Of a DNA stretch of 64,000 nucleotides, positions 1 through 8,657 are shown one piece after another. The notes beneath the pieces were generated by a model, which saw nothing but the letters and a program-made list of their open reading frames with translations, made no database searches and was not told the DNA's origin. The DNA lies in the NCBI GenBank assembly GCA_020343875.1, contig CP070811.1:1369313-1433312 (forward strand). Reading direction: 5' to 3'. The DNA comes from Anaerolineales bacterium. GTDB taxonomy: Bacteria; Chloroflexota; Anaerolineae; 4572-78; NAK82. Numbering within the stretch: position 1 is the first letter of the stretch; every line of letters starts with the position of its first letter. The position numbers and the translations under genes were made by a program.

Positions 1-407
1 TTGGTGATCTTGCCCTGGCCGGTAAACGCATTAGCTTCCAGGCGCGGGATCTGGAACGGGCAAAACTCGGCGCAATAGCCACAGCCGTTGCACCGTTCCT
101 GGTCTAATGAGATGAAGCCCATGTCGTGGTGTTGAAGCGCCTGGGTGGGGCATACCTCCACACAGACAGCCTGGGTGCACTGCATGCAACCCTGTTTCAG
201 GAAGAGCCATTTCACACCGCTGTCGCCTTCCACCTCATGAAAGGCGATCCGGGTCCAGGTCGAGGCCGACAGATCAGGTGGATTTTCGTAGCTGCCCCAG
301 TTGGTGGTGTCGGTGGCGGCCAAGTCGTTCCACTCCTTACAGGCCACCTGACAGCCACGACAGCCCGTACATTTGGACGTATCGATCAGCAGACTTACCT
401 TGCCCAT
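1..407 (-). CDS. fdnH: Formate dehydrogenase iron-sulfur (beta) subunit, FdnH-like; C-terminal part lies outside the window
   Basis: Not in the ORF track because it runs off the window. Minus-strand translation from ATG 407-405 gives MGKVSLLIDTSKCTGCRGCQVACKEWN...GCMQCTQAVCVEVCP...CNGCGYCAEFCPF, i.e. repeated CxxCxxCxxxCP 4Fe-4S ferredoxin motifs. The ATG lies 1 nt after the fdnG stop (409-411). Confidence 0.8.
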   Translation of the reverse strand, partial: MGKVSLLIDTSKCTGCRGCQVACKEWNDLAATDTTNWGSYENPPDLSASTWTRIAFHEVEGDSGVKWLFLKQGCMQCTQAVCVEVCPTQALQHHDMGFISLDQERCNGCGYCAEFCPFQIPRLEANAFTGQGKIT

Positions 408-408
408 G

Positions 409-3400
409 TCACACCACCTTTCTCACATCGCACAAGAAAGCCTTGTACTCGGGTATCATGGTGTTGGCATCACCCACATGGGGCGTGAGGGTGTTGGCGC
501 TGTCGCCAGTGGAGGCACCACTATAGCCCCAGTGCCAAGGCACGCCAACCTGATGTACCACCTGACCATTTACCTGGAAGGGGCGGAAGCGTGACGTCAC
601 CAGTGCCACAGCCTTCACCGCCCCACGCGCAGACTCAACCGTTACCTGGTCGCCATTCTTGATCCCCTTCTGGGCAGCCAGCTCCCGGCTCATCTCAACG
701 AAGAGTTCCGGCATGGCCTCTACCAGCCAGGGCAGGTTACGCGTCATGGCTCCCGCCTGCATGTGCTCGGTAACACGATAGGTAGTCGCCACGACGGGGT
801 ACTGGCCTGCCTCTCCCTTGTGATCCATCTCCGAAGCCCAAATCTTGAAGACAGGGTTGTTCTGGGTGCCTGACAGCAGGTTGGCTACCGGGCTCTCCCA
901 CGGTTCGTAGTGCTCGGGGAAGGGCCCATCCGTCCTGCCAAAGCCGAAGATGCGCCCATGGCCTTCGGGCTTCATGATGAAGGGGTGGATTGTGTTAGGG
1001 GGAGTGCCACCGTCGGGCACGTCGCCGACCCATTTGTTGGCGGCGGCGTCCCAGCGGATGACGGGATGCTCTTGATCCCAAGGCTCGCCGGTGACCGGAT
1101 GGACTGAGGCTCGGTTATAAATGATACGCCGGTTAACTGGCCAGTCCCAGGCCCAGTTGGAGTACAGGCCGATGCCTGATTTATCCACTGAGTCACGTCG
1201 CTTGGCCAGGTTACCCGCATCTGTGTAGTAACCATATAGCCAGTTGCCAGCGGCTGTGGACCCGTCGTCGCGCAGTTGCGTGAAATTCTTGACCTGCGTC
1301 CCGGCCGGCACGAGCACGTTACCATCGGCATCCAGCAAGTCTACCAGGGCCGAACCACTGATCTCCCTGGCCACTTGCTCGGCATCAGGCACACCATCCC
1401 CGTAATCCCAGGTCAGGTTCACGATGGGCTCCGGGAAGATACCTCCATCGGTGGCGTACAGGCCCTGCACACGCTGCATGATCTGGTTGATGATCCACAG
1501 ATCCTCTTTGGAGTCTCCAAGGGGATCGATGGCCTTGTAGCGCCATTGGACCCAGCGTCCCGAGTTGGTCACACTCCCATCGCGCTCGACGTAAGAGGCT
1601 GCAGGTAGCAAGAAAACCTCGGTCTTGATATCGTCCGGGTTGGCACCCGGTCGCTTCCAGAAGCTGGCGGTCTCTGTCTCCCACAGGTCAACCACCACCA
1701 ACCAATCGAGGTTCTCCATCGCCTTCCGCTCCATGTTGGCGTTAGGGCCACTCACGGCGGGGTTCTGCCCCAACACCAAGAAGCCCTTGGTGTCGCCCTG
1801 ATACATGGCCTCGAAGAGAGAGATCCATGAGTAGTCGGCACCGTTTTTGGGCAGATATTGGTAGGCGAACTCGTTTTCGGTGGTGGCAGCCTCCCCCCAC
1901 CAGGCTTTGAGCAAACTGACCATGTACTTAGGGTAGTTTTTCCACCAGTTGACGCTGTTAGGATCGCTGGTCTGGGGCGTAGACCGCGCCAGGTAAGCTT
2001 CCAGCGTCTGGTCGGCCTCAATGGGGGTATTGAGATAGCCCGGCAGAATATGGAACAGCAAGCACATGTCGGTCGAGCCCTGCACGTTGTGCAAACCACG
2101 CAGAGCATTAATGCCCCCTCCAGCCACACCGATGTTACCCAGCAATAACTGGAGCAACGCATACGAGCGCACATTCTGGGTGCCATAAGTGTGCTGGGTG
2201 GCACCCATAGCGTACATGATTGTCCCTGACTTGCCCGGCTGGCCGGTGGCGGCATAGGCGCTGTACACCTTTTCCAAGGCGTCTTTGGGAGTTCCGGTGA
2301 TCGAAGACACCGTTTCCAGGTCGTAGCGGGCATAGTGTCGCTTCAGATGCTGGAAGGCAGTGTTGAAATCCTGGAGGGTTTTGTCTTCGAGAGGCAGCCC
2401 CTGAGCATCGGTCTGGTAAGACCAGGCCGACTTGTCATAGCCGCGCTTGTCGGGATTGTAGCCCACAAAGAGCCCATCGTCGAAGCCAAAGTCGGGATTG
2501 ACAAGAAAGGAAGCGTTGGTGTACTCGGCGACGTATTCCTTGTGGTAAAGCTCGTTTTCCAAAATGTAGTTGATCAGGCCGCCGATGAAAGCGATGTCGG
2601 TGCCTGAGCGCAGCGGGGCATAGATGTCGGCCAGGGACGAGGTACGGGTGAAACGAGGATCTACACTGATCAGGGTGCCGCCGTTTCGACGTGACTCTTC
2701 CACCCACTTCATAGAGATGGGGTGGTTTTCGGCGGCGTTAGAGCCGATGATCATGATCACATCGGCATTCTTAATGTCAATCCAGTGGTTGGTCATTGCT
2801 CCTCTACCAAACGACTCTGCCAGAGCCGCTACAGTAGCGGAGTGTCATATGCGTGCCTGGTGTTCGATGTACACCAGGCCCATGGCGCGCAGCGCCTTAA
2901 CCCACAGGTAGCACTCTTCGTTGGTGTTCTGCGAGCCCCCCACAAAGGCGATGCCCTCAGTCCGGTTGACTGTCTTGCCCTCTGCCGTCTTCTCGATCCA
3001 ATTGGCGTCACGAGTGGCTTTGATGTTTTGGGCGATGCGATCCAGGGCCCAGTCCCAATCCTTTTCCTCCCAATCACTGGCACCAGGTGCCCGGTACAGG
3101 ACCTTAGTCAGCCGTTTGGGGTTGTTGATGATCTGAAGGGAAGCCGCGCCCTTGCTACACAGAGCACCTTGATTGATGGGGTGATCCGGGTCACCCTCTA
3201 TGTTCACCACTTCGCCTGCCAGGGTGCCCACCACCTGTCCGCAGCCCACGGCACAGTAGGTGCAAATAGTGGTCACCTCGCCCACTTTCTTGCGTAGCGG
3301 AAACCTGGGCACTTCGCCAGCTGCCAGCGCTGCGCTGGTGGGCAGAAGCAGACTCCCTGTCGCAATTCCCGACGCTTTCAGGAAATCGCGACGCGATACC

Positions 3401-3414
3401 CTCATCGCGCACAT
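409..3414 (-). CDS. fdnG: Tat-exported molybdopterin formate dehydrogenase catalytic subunit (FdnG/FdhA type), selenocysteine-containing (UGA at 2845-2847 = Sec, residue ~190)
   Basis: ORFs 2845..3453 and 409..2796 share one frame and are separated only by TGA plus 16 sense codons. The joined protein reads ...YIEHQARI-U-HSATVAALAESFGRGAMTNHWIDI, the canonical Sec active-site context of FdnG. It has a twin-arginine signal (MRVSRRDFLKASG) and a CTYCAVGCG Fe-S motif. Start ATG 3414 was chosen because GAGGAGG lies upstream; ATG 3405 is also possible. Confidence 0.9.
2826..2840 (-). promoter_or_regulatory. Candidate SECIS hairpin for the fdnG UGA
   Basis: The RNA reads UGA CAC UCC GCU ACU GUA GCG G. 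CCGCU/AGCGG (extendable to CCGCUA/UAGCGG) forms a stem-loop starting 5 nt after the UGA. Confidence 0.45.
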
Positions 3415-3661
3415 GATCTGACTCACCTCCTCTCGTACCATCAGTCCGAACAAACCCTAGGCCCTGCGCCTTTGAGCAGTGGACTACCGTAGACACACAC
3501 GGCGAGCAGGACAAAGAACCATCTTGCGTGGACGTTTGGCACACTTGGCAATCATTAGTTTTCTGCAACTATTAAACGCGGATGTGGGCTTTTGTACTCC
3601 AGTGTATGTTCTGCGGCTTCACCTCCTTCAAGCTATGAAATTTCCAGGATAGCATCCCGTT

Positions 3662-4144
3662 CTAGGGTCTGCGTTCAAGCGAATGTTCCCAGTTCCTCAC
3701 CTCCTTCAAGACCATGTCTACGATTGAGGGCATCTGCCCACTGATCGTAGGCGATAGCTCCAAACCTGTCTCCAGTGAGTCGGGTTGCACCCCTATCAGC
3801 ACTACATGCTGGGGGGTCAGGTCGCGCAACTCCGCCACGCTTAACAGGTCGGCCAGCCCAATCTGATGCGGAGATAGCCTGCGTCCCAGCAGGGCCGGGA
3901 TTTCACCATCGACCAGCCGAACAATTGTTCCTGGCGAACGGTGAGCATCGACCGCGTCAATCACCAGCAGCCGATCGATCCCCTCCAGATAAAAGAGAAG
4001 GTCCAAACCCATAGTCCCCCCGTCCAGTACCTGGACTTCCTCAGGGAAGGTGTAGTGCTCCTTGAGATGCTCGACCACCCGGACTCCGATGCCCTCATCT
4101 TGTAGCAATATGTTGCCGACACCCAGTATCAATGTTCGAAGCAT
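3662..4144 (-). CDS. [NiFe] hydrogenase maturation endopeptidase (HyaD/HupD/HoxM family)
   Basis: 160 aa, MLRTLILGVGNILLQDEGIGVRVVEHL...LLVIDAVD, the typical GxGNxLxxDDG-type N-terminus. It sits directly after the cytochrome b subunit. Confidence 0.85.
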   Translation of the reverse strand: MLRTLILGVGNILLQDEGIGVRVVEHLKEHYTFPEEVQVLDGGTMGLDLLFYLEGIDRLLVIDAVDAHRSPGTIVRLVDGEIPALLGRRLSPHQIGLADLLSVAELRDLTPQHVVLIGVQPDSLETGLELSPTISGQMPSIVDMVLKEVRNWEHSLERRP

Positions 4145-4149
4145 AATGG

Positions 4150-4872
4150 CTACTCGCCACCTTGCTCCGACGCTGTTGGCGGCAATTCCTCCTTCGACTC
4201 AGGCACAATGAACTTCCAGCCGCTGAAGATGCTACTCACCAAGCCATTGGCCTCCTCCACATCCACCAGAAAAGCGCTATAGACGTGATGGATGGCAAAG
4301 GCGATCAGGAGCCACATGATCATGTGGTGAGCCAGGCGCACGCTTTGATTATCCACGATGCGAAACACCCAGCCGGTGAGAGTCCACCAGAAGCCGCCCG
4401 GGTTGACCTGGGCATGCAGGGCAAAGCCAGTCAAGGTCTGCGTGAAGTAGAGGAAGATGATGACGGCGTAGGTAAAACCAGCCAGCGCATTGTGCCCTAG
4501 CACGGTGGGCGGTTCACGCCGCAGGAAGAAGTAATACCGGAAGGCCTGGCTGAGTTTGCCGCGCCCCTCGGGCGTGGCGAAGGGGATGAGCGCCCGCCAG
4601 CTTGCCCACTGGTTTCCGGCGAAAATCGCCCAGTAGACGCGTATCAGCAGACTGGCAATGAAGACATAGGCGAAGAGGAGATGAATGAAACGCATGTTCC
4701 CCATAAAGAACGGGCCATAGGCTTCGCGGTGGCTGACCTGGACGTAAGGGTTGCCGATGTAATAGCCAGTGAAAGATAGAACGATGATACATGCGACGTT
4801 GACCCAGTGGGTGAGCCGGACCGGGATCTCCCACACGTAGACACGGCCTGCGTTGTTGAATCGTGTTGCCAT
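4150..4872 (-). CDS. Ni/Fe-hydrogenase b-type cytochrome subunit (HyaC/HupC family)
   Basis: MATRFNNAGRVYVWEIPVRLTHWVNV..., 4 TM segments with conserved His. ATG 4872 is preceded by GGGAGG. The ORF-track start at 4905 would overlap the large-subunit end. Confidence 0.85.
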   Translation of the reverse strand: MATRFNNAGRVYVWEIPVRLTHWVNVACIIVLSFTGYYIGNPYVQVSHREAYGPFFMGNMRFIHLLFAYVFIASLLIRVYWAIFAGNQWASWRALIPFATPEGRGKLSQAFRYYFFLRREPPTVLGHNALAGFTYAVIIFLYFTQTLTGFALHAQVNPGGFWWTLTGWVFRIVDNQSVRLAHHMIMWLLIAFAIHHVYSAFLVDVEEANGLVSSIFSGWKFIVPESKEELPPTASEQGGE

Positions 4873-4882
4873 CAGAACCTCC

Positions 4883-6619
4883 CTACTGGATCTTGATAGA
4901 GACAATCTCCTGACCCTCTGCGTCCAGAATGTGGGCAGCGCAAGCCATGCAAGGGTCGAAGGAGTGAACCGTGCGCAAGATCTCCAGCGGCTGCTCGGGG
5001 TCCGCTATTGGCGTACCGACCAAAGCTGCTTCGTAGGGGCCGCGCTGCCCATTGCCGTCGCGTGGGCCCGCGTTCCAGGTGCTGGGCACTACGCACTGAT
5101 AGTGCTTAATGCGGCCGTCCTCGATCTGGACCCAATGTCCCAGAGCCCCACGCGGGGCTTCGGTCATGCCAAATCCCTGTGCCTGTGCCGGCCACGTCGA
5201 GGGCTCCCAGCTTTCGCCATTGTGCACCCGCACGTCCCCAGTCTTCATATTGGCCGTCAGTTGGTCCAGCCAGCCCATGGCTACTTCGGCAATGACCCAG
5301 GTCTCAATTCCACGGGCCGCAGTGCGGCCTAACGTGGAGAAGAGCGCTTCTGGCCCTACCCCCAGGTGCGCCAGTACTGCATCTACCTTCTCTTTCACCG
5401 AAGCGTGACTGGGCGCATCGGGCGAGGCATAGGCCATCAACATACGAGCCAGAGGCCCTACTTCCATGGGGTTGTCTTCGTAGCGAGGGGACTTCAGCCA
5501 GCTATATTTATCTCCTTCCCCTGTATTGAGAAACTCATACGGGGGCTGAGGCCCAGTGTAGTTGGGCTGCGTTTCGCCTTCCCACGGATGCAGAGAGGTT
5601 CCATTGCCACGTGAGTATTCGTACCAAGAATGGGCAGCGTATTCAGCAATTTTACTCTGATCTACAGGGTGGACCGTGCTCAGGTCTTTGTTCAGAATGG
5701 CGCCTCGGGGCAGGAAGAGCAATTCAGGATGCAGACTGGGATCTCCCACGCCAAGTGGGAAGTCTCCGTAAGTCATATAATTGCCATGCCCGGTCCCCAG
5801 AGACGCCCACTCCTTGTAGAAGCTGGCCACAGCCAACAAGTCGGGGATGTAGACCTGCTCTACAAACTCCAACCCCATAGCGAAGAGTTTCTTAAGGAGG
5901 GCAATACGCTCGGCATTAAGGACGGATGGGCTGTCGCGATCAATTGCCAGGGCCATGCCCCCAACCAGGTAGGTTTGCAGATGAGGGTTCTTGCTGCCCA
6001 GTACTGCGTGGATGCGAATTACCTCTCGCTGCCAGTCGAGGGCTTCCAGGTAGTGAGCCACCGCCATCAGGTTAGCCTCGGGGGGCAACTTGTAAGCAGG
6101 ATGCCCCCAATAGGCATTGGCAAAGGGCCCCAGCTGGCCGGTTTCTACAAATGCTTTAACCTTGGCCTGGACGGCGCTGAAGTAATTGGTGCTGCTTTTG
6201 GGCCAGTCGGAGATGGATTGGGCCAGCTCTGAGGTAGCGGCTGGGTCAGCACTGAGAGCGCTGACGATGTCTACCCAATCCAGGGCATGGAGGTGATAGA
6301 AGTGAACCGGATGATCTTGAATGTACTGCGCCGCTTCGATCAGGTTCCGGATGATGACAGCATTAAGAGGGACCTCAATGCCTAAAGCGTTCTCTACTGC
6401 TCGCACGGAGCAGACGGCATGCACCGTCGTTCAGACACCTCATATGCGTTGCGTGAAATACCAGGCATCGCGCGGGTCGCGGCCTTGCAGGATAGTCTCG
6501 ATGCCGCGCCACATAGTGGCCGAACTCCAGGCATCAGTTACCTGGCCATCATCCACCTGGGCCTCGACTCGGAGATGTCCTTCGATACGGGTTACCGGAT
6601 CTATGGCAATCTTGGCCAT
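4883..6619 (-). CDS. Group-1 [NiFe] hydrogenase large subunit with two in-frame UGA codons (6440-6442 and 6431-6433) replacing both Cys of the N-terminal RxCGxC motif (putative Sec60/Sec63)
   Basis: Translation from ATG 6619 (GGAGGAGGAG SD, 3 nt after the small-subunit stop) gives [83 protein letters not shown]... This continues in frame into ORF 4883..6424. The C-terminus is ...[12 protein letters not shown] followed by a 15-aa extension that is the protease substrate. Confidence 0.8.
6397..6428 (-). promoter_or_regulatory. Two adjacent hairpins just downstream of the double UGA (candidate SECIS)
   Basis: RNA: UGA GGU GUC UGA AC GACGG-UGCAUG-CCGUC (6428-6413), followed by CUGCUC-CGUGC-GAGCAG (6413-6397). 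Confidence 0.3.
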
Positions 6620-6622
6620 CGT

Positions 6623-7726
6623 TTACTCCTCCTCCACTTCTACTTTGCTTCTGTTCACAGGCTGGGCTTTAGCTCGAATAGCGCTGGCCACGCCATGCAA
6701 AGCGAATACGCCCGTGACCCCCGCCACAATGCCCAGACCCACCTTGTCGGCAGTGGCCTCCACGCCGAAGCCGGGCACATTGGGCAATCGCTCGTAGAAG
6801 GGGCTCATGGTATCCCAGAAATTTGGCTCGGAGCATCCCACACAACCATGTCCTGCCCCGATGGGCCAACTGGTGCCATCGTTCCAGCGCACGATCGGGC
6901 AATTGTGGAAAGTCTCTGGGCCTTTGCAGCCCATCTTGTACAGGCACCAGCCTTTGCGGTGGCCGTGGTCACCCCAATCCTCCACAAACTGACCGGCGTC
7001 GAAGTGCGCCCGCCGTTCACAATCGTCATGAATCCGAGACCCGTAAGCAAACATGGGACGCCCCCTTTGGTCGGTGGCCGGCCAGGCGCCAACGGTACGA
7101 TAATGGACGACCACAGCCGTCAGGTTTTGGACATTCATAGGGCATCCAGGTAAATTGATGACAGGCACCCCATTTACCAAGTCCTTTACCCCGACAGCGC
7201 CAGTGGGGTTGGGCGCTGCAGCCGGGATGCCACCATAGGCAGCACAAGTTCCTGCGGCGATGATAGCAGCCGCGTTTCCGCCGATCTCCTGGACCAGATC
7301 CAGTGCCGTGCGCCCGCCAACGGTGCAGTAGATACCGCCATCCTTGGTAGGGATTGAGCCTTCGACCACTACCAGGTATTGGCCCTTGTAGGCCTCCACC
7401 GTGTCCATCAACGACTTTTCGGCCTGGTGACCGGCAGCCGCCATGACCGTTTCGTGATAGTCGAGCGACAGCACATCCAGCACCAATTCAGCCACCGTCG
7501 GCTTGCTGGCCCGCAGCACCGATTCGGTATTACCGGCGCAGTCCTGGTATTCAAGCCAGAGCAACGGCGGCCGAGCAGCCCCTTCTAACGCTGCGGCCAC
7601 CCGAGGTACATAGCGAGACGGTAAAGCCAGCACCGCTGTCATCGCTGCACAAAACTTCAGGAAGTCACGACGCGCCATTCCTCGTCGGATGAGAGCACTC
7701 TTCAATCCTCCAATTTCGGTTGGCAT
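6623..7726 (-). CDS. [NiFe] hydrogenase small subunit, Tat-exported, C-terminal membrane anchor
   Basis: Twin-arginine signal (RRGMARRDFLKFCAAMTAV), the LWLEYQDCAGNTES proximal-cluster motif, multiple Cys clusters, and a C-terminal hydrophobic helix (VGLGIVAGVTGVFALHGVASAI). Confidence 0.9.
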   Translation of the reverse strand: MPTEIGGLKSALIRRGMARRDFLKFCAAMTAVLALPSRYVPRVAAALEGAARPPLLWLEYQDCAGNTESVLRASKPTVAELVLDVLSLDYHETVMAAAGHQAEKSLMDTVEAYKGQYLVVVEGSIPTKDGGIYCTVGGRTALDLVQEIGGNAAAIIAAGTCAAYGGIPAAAPNPTGAVGVKDLVNGVPVINLPGCPMNVQNLTAVVVHYRTVGAWPATDQRGRPMFAYGSRIHDDCERRAHFDAGQFVEDWGDHGHRKGWCLYKMGCKGPETFHNCPIVRWNDGTSWPIGAGHGCVGCSEPNFWDTMSPFYERLPNVPGFGVEATADKVGLGIVAGVTGVFALHGVASAIRAKAQPVNRSKVEVEEE

Positions 7727-7806
7727 AAGTCTTCCCCCTCCTCACTAAGGTCATCCAAAGCGCGAAACAAGCCTGCCGCGTCAACGGTTCTTCATCAAAT
7801 GTGGCT

Positions 7807-8238
7807 TCACCCCCCTTCAATATATCTCGCGAGATGCTCTATCAGGAATTCTTGGTGAGAGATAACGGCCTTGACCACATCCCCAATGGAAACGACACCT
7901 ATTACCCGGTCCCCCTCGAGTACTGGTAAATGCCGGCACCGCCTATCGGTCATCATCGTCATACATTCCTGAATGGTCTGTTCGGGGCCTACAGTGATCA
8001 CGTCTTTGGTCATTACCTCGCGAGTCGGGGTATCCATGGATGATCTCCCTCTCAAGATCACCTTCCGGGCATAATCGCGCTCTGAGATGATGCCCACCAA
8101 TTTCTCTCCCTCAAGCACCAGCAAGGCCCCCACTTCCTTATCAGCCATCAGCTTAAGCGCGTCATACACCGAGACCTCCAGCCCAATCGACCAGACATCG
8201 GATCCCTTCGCCTGCAAGAGTTGTCTAACGGTTATCAC
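7807..8238 (-). CDS. CBS-pair domain protein
   Basis: 143 aa. It has two CBS repeats (...VGALLVLEGEKLVGIISERDYARKV... and ...RHLPVLEGDRVIGVVSIGDVVKAV...). GTG start is preceded by GGGAGG. Same strand as, and immediately upstream of, the hydrogenase operon. Confidence 0.8.
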   Translation of the reverse strand: MITVRQLLQAKGSDVWSIGLEVSVYDALKLMADKEVGALLVLEGEKLVGIISERDYARKVILRGRSSMDTPTREVMTKDVITVGPEQTIQECMTMMTDRRCRHLPVLEGDRVIGVVSIGDVVKAVISHQEFLIEHLARYIEGG

Positions 8239-8622
8239 AAACTTAACCTCCCACTATTCAAAACAGTAAATAGATAAACACATGGCTATAAACGCCATGA
8301 TCACCGCCTACTCTGCCCAAGCTCGCTCAGCCAAAGCTGGTTAGAACTCAGATCGGTTTCACGCCAGTCGCCTGATAGAAACTAGATTTTCGGGACTCGC
8401 ACGGATCATACCCGAGCATGAGGCTTCGCATAGTAAGTTGGATTACACATAAACGGGGAAGCCCCAACCAAACGAAACAACTACACTTTCTGCAAGGGTG
8501 CAGTGAATGGAAGGGGTAAACCCCGTCGCCCCCCTCGACGGTTGGAAGTAGTTGGTCTGCCATTAAAAGTCTTGCACCCCCCAGCGCAAGACATAAAGCC
8601 AGACACAGATAGGGGAAATTTG
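8239..8622 (-). other. Long (~380 nt) hairpin-rich 5' leader or unidentified ncRNA between the predicted promoter and the CBS gene
   Basis: Several GC-rich stem-loops on the minus strand: GUCUUGC-N10-GCAAGAC followed by UUUU (8592-8569), CCGUCG-AGGGGGG-CGACGG (8542-8523), GGGG-UUUA-CCCC, GGGG-CUU-CCCC and CAUGGC-N7-GCCAUG. There is no convincing ORF. Confidence 0.3.
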
Positions 8623-8628
8623 CCTATC

Positions 8629-8657
8629 ATTTTAGCACGAGGAAGATCATTTGTCAA
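8629..8657 (-). promoter_or_regulatory. Sigma70-like promoter on the minus strand (TTGACA-17-TAAAAT)
   Basis: Reverse complement of 8652-8657 is TTGACA and of 8629-8634 is TAAAAT, with a 17-nt spacer. It fires toward the CBS/hydrogenase/FDH genes. Confidence 0.45.

Noticed and set aside
126-3568. Numerous ORF-track entries on both strands overlapping fdnH/fdnG (e.g. 126..488+, 972..1331-, 1752..2333-, 2722..3297+, 3191..3568-)
   Set aside because: They are shadow ORFs inside or antisense to a gene with unambiguous formate-dehydrogenase homology. Their translations are Arg/Pro/Gly-rich and low-complexity, as expected in GC-rich DNA. None has an SD.
2845-6442. Possibility that UGA is globally reassigned (e.g. 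to Trp or Gly) rather than read as Sec
   Set aside because: Many genes in the window terminate at TGA with correctly positioned downstream starts (fdnG stop 409-411, ccmH stop overlapping the ccmG GTG, 18863..19546 stop overlapping the trmI GTG). The three internal UGAs all sit at Cys/Sec-equivalent catalytic positions.
8369-8384. Identical 16-mer CGCCTGATAGAAACTA present in two intergenic regions (8369-8384 and 18131-18146)
   Set aside because: Roughly one such 16-nt coincidence is expected by chance in a 64-kb window counting both strands. The flanks show no further similarity, so this is not enough to call a repeat or a shared operator.
8290-8400. Resemblance to a ZTP (pfl) riboswitch: minus-strand GACUGGCG...CUUGGGCA
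   Set aside because: Only short fragments match what I remember of the consensus. The CCGCC pseudoknot partner and the expected helices are not evident. The downstream genes (CBS/hydrogenase) are not purine/folate genes.
8348-8563. 71-aa ORF in the long intergenic region upstream of the CBS gene
   Set aside because: It has no Shine-Dalgarno sequence. Its composition is odd and Cys/Pro-rich, and it is built from the complementary arms of GC hairpins. It is more likely non-coding structured RNA.
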